From a virus, in the IMG/VR virus record IMGVR_UViG_3300017917_003732, positions 1 to 64,000 of that record: a DNA stretch of 64,000 nucleotides. The stretch is one strand, 5' to 3'. Positions 34,248-45,500 of the stretch are shown here, one piece after another (position 1 is the stretch's first letter; every line of letters begins with the position of its first letter). The position numbers were made by a program, and so were the translations under genes. The notes under the pieces are model-generated. The model was given only the letters and a program-made list of their open reading frames with translations. It was not told where the DNA came from and made no database searches.

Positions 34248-37200
34248 TCAGAAACCCCCCATCCTATTGGGTAGCGAAATCGAAGCTGGGTCAACCTCAT
34301 ACTTGGTACGGTTCTTCAAAAGAGGGTGGCCTTCGATTCGATACAGATCCGCCGCTGAACTACCCTCACTCGTGCCATTAGTCCCAATGATGACAGTTGC
34401 TCCTGCCGACGTCACATCCAATGTCATAACGCGTGTCACCACTGCCAACAATAGCTCGTCACCCGCACTAGCCTGATTGACTCCGACACTAGTAGGAGAG
34501 TTACGAACAAGGTAAGCACGTCCAATAATCGCCTTGGTGCCTCGACCAGAGCCATTGATGTTACTGTATATCGCACCGATCTCGCCCCCAGGGCGGTCAC
34601 CGGAACCAAGAAACATGGAACCGCCTCGGGTCACTCGGAAGTTCGTCAAAAGTTCATACAGGCCTGGCTCACCGTCCACGTGAACTAAGATATCCCCGGG
34701 CACTCCAGTCGAAATAGAGGCGGGCATAAGAGAGATTTCTTCCTGCTCCAAGGTATTCGTTCGACCGAGGCTAGCAGAGATAGAGCCGATTCCGATATCT
34801 TCCAGATACTGAAGAGGGCAAGCGTTTACATTCGTGAAACGACCACCGTGAAAATCCTTGTCCCGATAGAGAGACCCAAGCGGTAGTCTTTCGGTGCACC
34901 CCAGATACTCAGGATTTGATCCTGGATCAAAGAAATCCCCTCCAGGGTTGAGTGCTCCAATCTTGAGACTTGGGCGATCCTCGACTGAGGAAACCGGTGG
35001 GAAAGAACCGGGGTCCTCATAACCAACATTCCTAAAGTCATAGACGTTTGGCGAAACCAAGTCACCAGATAGTCGGCCCGTCCCAAGTGTGGTGATGAAA
35101 CCAGTCGAAGCCAAAACCTCTAGTGGCTTCTGATTGGGCCTAGTCAAGTTCGAAATATCTAGGAATGACGAGCTAAGCTGATATGCAGTATAACTCGTCA
35201 GAGGTCCCGGAGTGAATCCAAGATCCAAGTAATTGGATTGCGAGCCCCAGGGGTCCCCCTGATAAGGCGTTCGGCTGTAATTGATCAATGCAGTGTCGAA
35301 ACTCGTGAGAGGCCCAGGAAGAATAGTTGTAGGACCATGAATAACAGGAGAGGAAATGTTCGCTTCCCGAGTCGCCTCCTTTAGCTCTGTACGAGTCCTA
35401 GACAGAAGAAGCTTGAATGGTTTCCCTAGGTCGAAAGAACCGCGATCAAAGCCAAAGATACTCGCTGTGATCACATAATGCTTCGAGCGGAAACTACCGA
35501 TCGGTACCGGACTCTTGGATAAGTCTAGGGCCTCAGCGTTGAGAACGAAGTATGAGTCGCCATCATCATCAACTTCAATCCACAAGATAGGGCCATCAAA
35601 ATTCTGGCGAAGAAGGTTTTTGGCTCCGGAGCCAGTATACTCTCTCGTGCTAGGATTGTAACTTGGCCCATTGGTCTTGTAGTCAACTGCCTCGTAAACC
35701 GCCCAAAGACGAGCAACCCCATAAAATGGGGGAAGCTGGAGCCCCTGACGGCCAAGACCTCTTGAATCATCAAAGAACTTTATCCCAGCAAACGTGACAC
35801 CACTATAAGAGAACGCTGCATTGTATGTTGCATCAACAATTGTGGACCCTGACAGGTTTCCTGTAGAAAATGCAGCATAAGAAGCCGATCCTTCATTGGT
35901 ATAGCTTATATACTGCTTATTATGGTCGGTATCTGTGAGGCTTGTTGAAGATCCCTCATGCGATTGCAGCATGAAGTTGATACCACGGTGAAAGGTGGCA
36001 TTGTTTTCAGCAAGGATTGGGAGACGGACCTCCCCCCAACCCGGTACTAGATGCCTCGGCAGAGTAACATAGAAGTTCTTTTCATTTGCTTCTGTTTGAG
36101 TAGACCCCGAAAACAAGTTGAGAGGGTCTGTTGTGGCCCACTTGGCAGTGACACCGTCTGCCTTCTTCAAGGGCATTAACCCTTGCGCATGATAGACCGC
36201 ATATTGAGTGGTCGAAATATCCGGGACAATGGGAATAGGATTTCCGTAAACGGTCAAAGAATTAGAGGTATGTGACTGTATTACGTATTGCCCCTTAGCC
36301 GGACCCGAGAGGATCACCAAAACATCACTTTCGTCAAGTACCGAAGTGAAGTCTACCGCTGGAATTCCCTCATCTGTGAGGGTACTAACTGTTAACCCTG
36401 TAGGAGTCCTAGGCTCTACGATCGGGGTACCGAAGATATTCTCCCCTGCCCCGTTGAGGGCTGAAACCGAGATCGGGAATCCGATTCTCTGGTACGGAGT
36501 CAAGATCACAGTTTTTGAACCCAGATCCGCATAAGCCTCAGAAGTTACTGGAAGCATACCCTTATAGGACTGGTTCCGGTACTTACTCCAAAGCATTGCC
36601 CATGATGTCCGAAGAGGAAAGTTAGTTTGTGGCACACCAGATGGCTGAGTCAAAAGTTCGGCATAGGGGTGATAGAGCGTAATGTTATGAATTGAGTCCG
36701 GACGACGGGATAACCCACGACCCCCACCGTACTGCACATTAACCGTAACATAGAGGTTAGGGTTGCTATTTTTGCTAATTGGGAAAGGTGCCCCATTTCC
36801 AACGATCTGAATCTCTAGGTCAGAGGAAGATGTCGGAGTAGTTGGGACCGAACGAACAATGAACCTATGCTGAGGAAGAGATTCGGGATACCCATCGATA
36901 CGAACTTGCACTGACCCCAAACCTTTACGCACTTCATAGAATGACCCATCCGTTGCCGGAATAGTCCCCTCCACAGTGAGCTCATCCGAAGCGACACTAG
37001 TGATAAGATAGGTCCCCTTGGAGTTGCCATAGAAGATGACGAGTGTGTCCGCTGCTTCTACTCCAGCTGTGACGAAGTTGATAGTATCCGTAAAGTGCGA
37101 GTTCCCAGTTGACACGCCCCCGCTTTTCGAAATAACCACCTCATTGAGTAACCGCACCTGGTCTGCGTCTGCTCCCGGAGTCGTGGTCTTGAAAGGAGCC

Positions 37201-38873
37201 ACGGGGATGACAATTTTATCCCCTACCGTTCTCTCTGCGGGATCCACATTCGAAAGAGGTTCGGACGAGTCGGCTGTCCAGGTATCACCGACAGCCTGTC
37301 TGGTAGTGACAGCACTGATTACGTTAAGGGCCCAGCTAGAAGCAACCGGCTGTGCACCACTTGAAACCGCCCCGGTATACGGAGTACAAAGAATCTCGAC
37401 AGGTTGTTGAACCGACGCATCTGAGAAGATCATTCGAATGCGGTCAGGCGCATCAAGCTTGGTTATGCCAAGACTATTTGCCTGAGAAGAGCTGATCTTG
37501 TCTTCGTAAAAAACATAAGTCCCTTGGGTGCCAGACCCAGACCGTTTCCAGTTGGCTCTGAGCTGTCCTCGAAGGAGACGATCAAGGTTGCTCTTCAATA
37601 TCGTGTTATAGCCCACCCCATTGGGCGTAACTACATGCCGAAGGTCTAAGATATCCGTTTGGGTGATCTGGTCTGAGAACAAACCATCAGGGCGACCGGA
37701 GAGAATTTTGACGGATGAGCCAGAGGGATGAGCTTCCGCTTTAGTGCCATTTCTCCCACGAACAACACCACCAATAGTGTTTCCCGTAACCGTGTTATAG
37801 GTCATAATCTCGTCGCCGATCTGAATCAAAGCCGACGACCCGGGGTTTGCTGGAAGTGGGATATCTGTGGACGACATCAGGGTAATCGAAGTCGCCGAAT
37901 CCGTAATAGAAGCGGCCAAAGTAGGTGCCGCAGCAAAAGTCTTTACCCCAGACCTATCCGTAGCCGTTGGGTTGCGATTGAATCCACCATTGAGGTTCTG
38001 AGACGGATCTCCGGCCCAAGCTACTGAGTTACGACGAAAGACAACACAAACCGGAACGGCGTACACATATCCATCTACCGTTCCGAGATCATTTACTGTT
38101 CCATCTCCAGCACGCCAAAGCCCAGGGTCCCCAAGTTCCTCTCGCATATTTACGAATGGGTAGCCACCTGCCGAAGGGGGAGCTGCCATCGTCCCCTGAG
38201 CCTTTACCGCAGTAGCATCAAATCCGTCAGGACAACTTGCCAAACCAATGAGGCCCTTGACCACCCGAAGGCGATACTGAAGTTGAGTTCGTTGAGAGGT
38301 CTCGAAACCGATAGCAGGATCTTGGATGTCATCAGCAAGGTAACTTGCACCACCCTCCACATTCCCGTAACGATATATGGCCGAAGAGCTAGGTTTGTTC
38401 AAGGCTGAAGGTCCCGGTGGAACGCGAGCTTTCCAAACTTCCAAAAACACAAAGTCCGCTCGGAAGTCACCGCTATTCGATGGGGGTGGGTCCAGTGTTA
38501 TCTTATTCCAGGTATCAGTATTATTCGGAGATCCAGGAGGGGTTCCAACCTTGGTCCCCACCACAGGGATAAGCCAGCCATTTACCACAGCCCAAGTAAT
38601 GGACCTCTTCTCGCCAGCACGCTGGCGACCAAACCGAAACCAATTGGACCAGCTGGCATTGGTCACGAATTCCTTCGATGGGTTGGTATCATTCCCAAGC
38701 CACCCAGAAGGGGTATTGTGCAAAACGAGCTGTTGTCTCCAATCAGCTTCGATCTGCTGCATCAAGTTCAATTCTGAGTCAAGCGGGCACTTTCCCTGTT
38801 GCCAAATTACCTCCACAAAGGCAGAATTCTTGGGATCAAGGACCCTACTCACGCCGCCGCCAAAGTTATCCAT
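34248..38873 (-). CDS. large virion structural protein (tail/baseplate), paralog of 49674..52319
   Basis: 1541 aa; N-terminal FVEVIWQQGKCPLDSELNLMQ pattern seen in phage baseplate/tail proteins; G/S/T-rich beta modules. Confidence 0.75.
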   Translation of the reverse strand: MDNFGGGVSRVLDPKNSAFVEVIWQQGKCPLDSELNLMQQIEADWRQQLVLHNTPSGWLGNDTNPSKEFVTNASWSNWFRFGRQRAGEKRSITWAVVNGWLIPVVGTKVGTPPGSPNNTDTWNKITLDPPPSNSGDFRADFVFLEVWKARVPPGPSALNKPSSSAIYRYGNVEGGASYLADDIQDPAIGFETSQRTQLQYRLRVVKGLIGLASCPDGFDATAVKAQGTMAAPPSAGGYPFVNMREELGDPGLWRAGDGTVNDLGTVDGYVYAVPVCVVFRRNSVAWAGDPSQNLNGGFNRNPTATDRSGVKTFAAAPTLAASITDSATSITLMSSTDIPLPANPGSSALIQIGDEIMTYNTVTGNTIGGVVRGRNGTKAEAHPSGSSVKILSGRPDGLFSDQITQTDILDLRHVVTPNGVGYNTILKSNLDRLLRGQLRANWKRSGSGTQGTYVFYEDKISSSQANSLGITKLDAPDRIRMIFSDASVQQPVEILCTPYTGAVSSGAQPVASSWALNVISAVTTRQAVGDTWTADSSEPLSNVDPAERTVGDKIVIPVAPFKTTTPGADADQVRLLNEVVISKSGGVSTGNSHFTDTINFVTAGVEAADTLVIFYGNSKGTYLITSVASDELTVEGTIPATDGSFYEVRKGLGSVQVRIDGYPESLPQHRFIVRSVPTTPTSSSDLEIQIVGNGAPFPISKNSNPNLYVTVNVQYGGGRGLSRRPDSIHNITLYHPYAELLTQPSGVPQTNFPLRTSWAMLWSKYRNQSYKGMLPVTSEAYADLGSKTVILTPYQRIGFPISVSALNGAGENIFGTPIVEPRTPTGLTVSTLTDEGIPAVDFTSVLDESDVLVILSGPAKGQYVIQSHTSNSLTVYGNPIPIVPDISTTQYAVYHAQGLMPLKKADGVTAKWATTDPLNLFSGSTQTEANEKNFYVTLPRHLVPGWGEVRLPILAENNATFHRGINFMLQSHEGSSTSLTDTDHNKQYISYTNEGSASYAAFSTGNLSGSTIVDATYNAAFSYSGVTFAGIKFFDDSRGLGRQGLQLPPFYGVARLWAVYEAVDYKTNGPSYNPSTREYTGSGAKNLLRQNFDGPILWIEVDDDGDSYFVLNAEALDLSKSPVPIGSFRSKHYVITASIFGFDRGSFDLGKPFKLLLSRTRTELKEATREANISSPVIHGPTTILPGPLTSFDTALINYSRTPYQGDPWGSQSNYLDLGFTPGPLTSYTAYQLSSSFLDISNLTRPNQKPLEVLASTGFITTLGTGRLSGDLVSPNVYDFRNVGYEDPGSFPPVSSVEDRPSLKIGALNPGGDFFDPGSNPEYLGCTERLPLGSLYRDKDFHGGRFTNVNACPLQYLEDIGIGSISASLGRTNTLEQEEISLMPASISTGVPGDILVHVDGEPGLYELLTNFRVTRGGSMFLGSGDRPGGEIGAIYSNINGSGRGTKAIIGRAYLVRNSPTSVGVNQASAGDELLLAVVTRVMTLDVTSAGATVIIGTNGTSEGSSAADLYRIEGHPLLKNRTKYEVDPASISLPNRMGGF

Positions 38874-38918
38874 TAGGCATTTCTCCGATTTGCATCCGTT
38901 CTCGTTAGCTTGCGGCCA

Positions 38919-39578
38919 TTAGTATAGCACCGCCCAAGAACCTAGGAACACCCGAGCAACAGAACTAACATCTGTACTTCGAGTAAATCTAAGGATCACC
39001 TGAGTACCCCTTGCAGAAATCGGAATCGAAACCAAAGATTTATCAGTTGCACTCAAGAACGTGACCCCGTTGTCGAAACTGATCTCAACCGTGACATGCA
39101 CATCAGGGGAGAGCTCCTGGTAATAACGCTGAAATGAACCGTCAGCGTCGTCTACGTCAACATAAGTGAACAACTCATAGGTCACAATTGCCTGCGCAGG
39201 GCCCGCACCACCTCCAGACCACGAGATACTGAAGGCATCCGTTTGTAGAAACGGAGTCGGATTGACGAGATCAGTTGGGTACAATCCGATAAGACCTCTT
39301 TCCCCGGAGAATACACCTTGACTTTGAGGCAAATTGACGTTGGCTGCGTCCAAAAGAGCATCATAGGTGATTTGGGTAAATAGTCCATGAGACCCTAAAA
39401 TACCTTGATACTTCTTGGTCAAGAGATCCGCCAAGTCTACCGGATCTTGCACTGAAACATCATCCGGTACTCGCACTACATAATTCCCCGTGACCCTGGT
39501 CTGTGGGGGGTAGGTCGTAGTAGTTACGACATCATTAATGACATCCGTGAACAGATCAATCAGATAGTGGGTGCTCAC
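38919..39578 (-). CDS. virion structural protein
   Basis: 219-aa beta-rich ORF in the structural operon; VEISFDNGVTF. Confidence 0.65.
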   Translation of the reverse strand: MSTHYLIDLFTDVINDVVTTTTYPPQTRVTGNYVVRVPDDVSVQDPVDLADLLTKKYQGILGSHGLFTQITYDALLDAANVNLPQSQGVFSGERGLIGLYPTDLVNPTPFLQTDAFSISWSGGGAGPAQAIVTYELFTYVDVDDADGSFQRYYQELSPDVHVTVEISFDNGVTFLSATDKSLVSIPISARGTQVILRFTRSTDVSSVARVFLGSWAVLY

Positions 39579-39581
39579 GGA

Positions 39582-42500
39582 TTAGGCTCCCTTCTTAGCC
39601 GCTGTGATAAGGTCATATCCGTACCTGCCCCTAGTCTTAGACCGAACATTACTGAATCGCACAAGCTCAACCTTTCCGAGCGGAGTGGCCGTAACCGGAG
39701 CCACATGAGGTTTTTGACCCATCTGCGCACTAGCGAGAGTATTACCTAGCTTACCTACACACGGACTCCCCGTCTTCCAAAAGGGCCGACCCATTCTCGG
39801 ATAGTACTCACACACGTCGGTAGTACCGCTTTGAAATTCGACATTTTCGATACTCACCCCGTCAGCATCAACAACTTCAACCGTAGGGTAAGGGTCTCCA
39901 AACGTGTAGAGCACGATATCTTCCCTCTGAAGGGCAAATACCCGAGAGTTTGTAAGATAATCGTTCCAGTCATCCGGAGTACTGTACACCTCACTCGCAT
40001 CGGTGGACGTCACGATAATCGTATCCGAGCTCCCCATTACATGAAACAAATACCTCTTGTCCAAACGCAATACACGTATGTCCTCTAGGTACCCCCAGCC
40101 TATAACAGGGGTGAATGTAAGGGGGTGAATTGCTCCATTAAGAGGCACGTAGTCCACATCGCTATAATCGGTACCCCCGAATGAAACCAATCCTGCCCCG
40201 GGCCAAATAAGAGTATAAGCTGACTTTGCAACCTCAGCGACAACCCTATCAGATCCCTCTGCCGCAGGCATTTCAAGAACATCCCCCTCATTCGCCAGTC
40301 CAACATACGGACCACTGCTCCCACTGGCAAGATAAGAGCCTCCCAGATAACCAAGGTTTCCACTAAATTCAGGAAGTAGGTAAGCCGTAGTTCCTATCAA
40401 GTGTTCAGCTGCTACGGTATTTTGAGCCCCACGGTAAATAGAAAGAGTAGTGGCTCCACCGCTGACCCCATGTACCAATACAATTTCATCATCTATCTTT
40501 AGGTAGTACTTTCTTGCCTCTGCATCAGGCAAGTAAGTAGCACTGGAAACTGACATCGTACTATCAGTAGCTAACATAGGGGCCGTGATCTCTACGGATG
40601 TCTCATAAAGATCTAACGTCGGACCGTTACCAAGAACCGTATAGGGGTAGCGAACAGGCGGCTCATAAGTCAATGTAGTGTCACAATAGTCTGAGTAGAT
40701 ATTGGCGTAAACACCAACCAATGCACGAATACCGGGCTGAAGTACCGCACCCGAAACTGACCTTGAGAGCACCACATTTGTGTAAGAAGAGATATCGAAA
40801 CTCGGACCAAAGGACAGAGAATTGTAACGACTCCTATCTGTATCCTCATTCCACCAGCCAATCGAAAAGGCAACTTGCCACTTATTGAGCTTAGAACTCC
40901 AAACTACCGAACAAGCTTGAAACTTGTAGGTGGGAGTATACATGGTATTGGGAGAGCTGTATCCTGGCCCAGGGACATCATTAGTTCCATTTCCGATATG
41001 CTCGTTCGCGTAACAAAGATGGCCGCAAGACTGAAGTCCCAAGTCTTTTGAAAGAAGCCAGTAGTAGGCTGAGGACCCTACATTATTCAACGCACACACG
41101 AAGAAGTCCTGCCCGTTCCAACCAACCGACGCATGTGCATAATCGGAGGAAAGACCCAAGCCAAAGTTGAATTCTGCCGTTGCTTGCCCATCTGAACTGA
41201 TAGCACGAGCCATTAAGTACGCCCCTCGATTATAGAAGAGTACATACTTATCTTGACTCTCGACATAGATCGAAGCCCAGAGATCACTAACCTCCGTTCC
41301 AACTCCCGAAGGGATTCCGTAGACCGACTTCACGATCATACCAGTACCAACAGTTCCAGAAGTCGGACCATCTGACATCCTGGCATCTTTTGCCAAAGGA
41401 GTGACCCCATCCCCAGACAGAATCATGCCATAGACGAGATCCCCTATGTTCACCCCTGGCCGAAGCGGGCTCACCCCTAGCTGCACCTGCCCGTTAGAGG
41501 AGTCATAGGCCACGACGGGGTAAACCCCAGCCAAGTTAGAGCTTGTGGCACTGTTGTACTGGAGCGACAACGCCTCTGCGGATTCCTTAGTTACATCAGC
41601 TGACGCGCTCGTCTTGGTGACCAGAATAAGGTCTCCAGGCTTGACCACGTATGTTTCTCTGGTGAGGGTAAGACATAACTTACCGTCATTGTTGATCCAT
41701 CCAATAGCCTGGCTGTCACTGGCAGCCTCAGAACTCTCTGCACTATAGGTTCCGTGTGCAGCAACAACTTGGAAGTTTGACCTCAGTCCTTCTTTCGGGA
41801 AGGTGAAGAACTTTAGGTCATAATCAGTCGAAATGCCACTGTCTTGGAACTTATAGATATAGGTGACAGTGAATCCAGAACCATTCCAAGTGATCTTTGG
41901 ATCCTTGATTGAGCCATTCCTTGCAGTCTCACCAGGCCACTTATCAATGATATAGCTTGTTGCATTGAAGGCAGAATTACTCCTACCAGAATCAAAGGAC
42001 AAGGTGCCTCCCTGCCCCCGACGAAACAGAGTCACTCCAAGAATAGGCCTACCCAACTCGCTATTCATCTGATTTTCATCAGTAAAGGCCTGGACTGTCT
42101 TATTGAGCCCCGCTAACCAAACTACAGCCAAAACACCCTCGGCATAACAAGCGTCTACCTCAACCATGTCCACGATCTCTAGAGATCGTGTATCCGCATT
42201 ACAGGCGTTTTTGTAGAAAGGTACGTTCTTGTTTGGCCCCGGTGGGTTACCACCCCCGTTTCCGATATAAGCGAATGCCTTGATCTTCGGGACCTCAAAC
42301 ATTTGATAAACCGTGGAATCCCTAACAACAGCCCCTCCAGCCACGGCCTCGTCAAGAATCAAGTCCTCTTCATCAGTTCCCAAGTCGAACAAAAGAAGGC
42401 CCCTCGGGACAATAAGTAGACCTAAGAAGGTTTTTCCGGTCCAAATGGCCCGAGCTCCATAAGTTGGCTTACGTTTTGCGTTAGTAGCGTAAGCTGAAGC

Positions 42501-45500
42501 CAACATATCCTGAGGTAAAGTTCCAATCAAGTAGTCTCTCTGCCACTCGGGAATTCCAACGTTGTACGTTGCCGTGGCATTAACAGTCGTCTGACTCGGA
42601 TACAGGCGAGAGATGTTTGGGAAAGTGAAGACTCTTTTACGAAGGGTATACTTACCCGAGATATCGGTGAAAACAGCGTCAAGGCACATGTTGTAGCCCC
42701 CCGCCATCCTTGGGTCACGTCCGATAAACTTCTGAGCGGATAGGGCTCCGTTCTCTTCCCACTGATGACCGTAAGACCATACTCCAATGTGTAGGAATAC
42801 GTTTCGATAGCCATCCGTGGCGAAGTACGGATTTGGGCAACCATTAGTCCCATGGCGAGTGTAGACAACATTGTGCCAGAGGACCTGTTGAAGAGTTGAC
42901 TCAGTGCTTTGAATCGAAAGATTTCGAATCCCTGAATTATATGGACCAAAACTCTGACGGAACGCACGAACCTTGACGTTCTGCCCTTCCACTCGCTCTC
43001 GGTCCAAAAATCCATACAGATTGTCACCCCATGAGAGCGCAACCGAATAGACTTCGCTTGTGCCTCCTTTATGCCCATATCGGGAAGCCCCAACAACAAC
43101 ACCGCGATAACCGAGATCGGCTTCCAGTCTTGCCCCTTCTACCAGGTCGTTCCAGGTAATGCCATACTGACCATACTTCGTATCTGCAAATGCACCCTTT
43201 GGAGGGATCGCATCCCAAAGATTGGAGAAGGTCAGACTCGAGTCACCAACGATATCACTGGGGGGAGCGTTAGTTACTCGCCAAACAGTGCCTCCGTAGG
43301 TAGACCCAGAGGAAATGTAGATGTCTGTCCCAGCTACATGGGTCCCACTGGAAAACTCCGCCGCTCGTGCCCAATTTAGTTCACTTGCCACCCATATTCC
43401 AGACAACCATCCCCACCCTGTAACGAGAATTCTATCACCAGATTTGATGACAACACCGTCAATGGTGATTCCCAAACCAACACGCCCGTTAGGGATCTCA
43501 ACCCCAGGGTTCGTGGAAACACATCGGGCTGTGACTCTATGAAAAATGGTGTTTCCGAAAAGACCTCGATCCAGGACCTCTTGCTTAGGGCGATCACCAA
43601 CCGATAGGTCATACTCATCCGCAAACGTGGAGTAGGATGAACTGACAATTATCTTTCCCTCGGGGCTCACGCGGAACCCAGGAGACTTCATGCAGGCCTT
43701 CTCACTAGGAGGTTCGAATGAATATACAGGAGGATTCTTAACAAGAACCCAATTGACATCTTGACCGGTGTAACCCCCGTTCACTGCTTGATCCAAGGTA
43801 ACTACGTGTTCCGAATTGACGGCACTAACCGTTCGGAATTCCCCGAAGTCGGGGAAGTAGATCGTGTCATTTGGGACAACTGTGTTTCGATAGCTACGCC
43901 CATTTGGATCTTGATTCCACGAAACATTTGAGAATAGGAAAGTGCCATCCATTAGGTATTGAGTTCCGCCAGAGTAACTCAAGTACCCCGTATCCGACTT
44001 GATAACGTCCACCGTGGGGCTAACTATTACCCAATCAGATCCGTTCCACGTAACGTCGGGAATGAACGAGGGAACATAGGTAGTGATAGGCAATGAGTAG
44101 TTTCGGAGTGAGACATCATCCCAATTATGACTCAGACTCCAAGCCGAATTTGGATAAACATCAAGAGGATCTCTACCCCCAAGAGACCGACGAATCAACT
44201 CAACATCATTTGACCTGCGAAGCTCGGTCACCGATGTCTCCTTTGACTCATATGCACTTGTAACTGAAGGGGCTTGAACTGCCCAAGACCGGCGTTCCGC
44301 CGAACCTGTCTGACGCAGTGCAAAGTAAGAAGCGATAACGAAATTCGTCGAGAGGTGAACTCTCACAGGATAAGGACTTTGAGCCGGGATACCGCTCCCA
44401 TCATCCAAATAGTTACTGTCACGTCCGTTATCGAAGTTTAGAATATGAGGACGGCTGGCCGACGCCCTAGTATCGAAATTCTGATAGACCGCAATCACCC
44501 TGTCATTAGGTCCAGCAGAAAGCCTAACGAAGTCTGGCTCCCGTTCTTGTAGGTAATACGTGGTTGCAGTCAAGCTTTCATCAGGACCTGAAACGAGGGT
44601 ACTAGAACATATAGTAGAACCTTCAATTGCAGTACAGAAGATTCGACTCATTGGGATGATAGCATACCTAAGATTAGACTGACTGGTTATGACCTCCGCG
44701 TCAGAACCTTCGACACCTTCCCATTGAATGTTCAAAGTTGACGTACTCTTTGCACGAACGATCCCTGTTCTTCCATTCGTCCAAACGAAGGTACTGTTAG
44801 TCTGCCTCAACAAAAGAAAGCGGTCGCCAACCTCGACACCCACAGTGTCCCAAGAAGGGTAAGCCACATCAGAGAAGTTTCCACTGCCATCGAATGCACC
44901 AGTAGTACCCGTAAGGACTGCATGACCCCTTCGGGTAGTTGCCGTTACAAACTTATCCTTATTGACCCAAACACAATCAGTGGAACTATATATTGCCGCC
45001 GCCTTAGTGTCGCCAGACTGTACCACTACGGTTCCACCACCCAGTGAATATATGGATGTATCGAAGATACTAGTAGAAGAGGAAGCCAGATTCTCTTTGC
45101 AGAAGCAAGTTGTACAGACTACTGGATCTGACGGCCACTCACTCGGTGCAACCGAGATACTTGGGTGCATAGAATAAGCATAGTAACCCGATGCATACGC
45201 TACAGGGGGGTAGAGCAGAGAGTAACGCTTATGCTGTTCCGTTCTCGGAGAATCGGAGTAGCGCAGAGCCGCATAATAACTTCGAGGCCCTAGGATAGTG
45301 GAATCAGTATATTCCTCAGTCCAACAGAATACATAAGTATCAGTGAACGGGTCATGATCCACCCTTGGGTAATGCCCTGGGGTGTAGTACCCTTCAGCAT
45401 TGACATTACTCACAGACTCAAGAGTAAAGAACTTTTCAGAAGAGTCCTTCACATTGATCCCAAGGCCCGGAAGCACCTTAGTTCCGTCTGTTCGCATCTC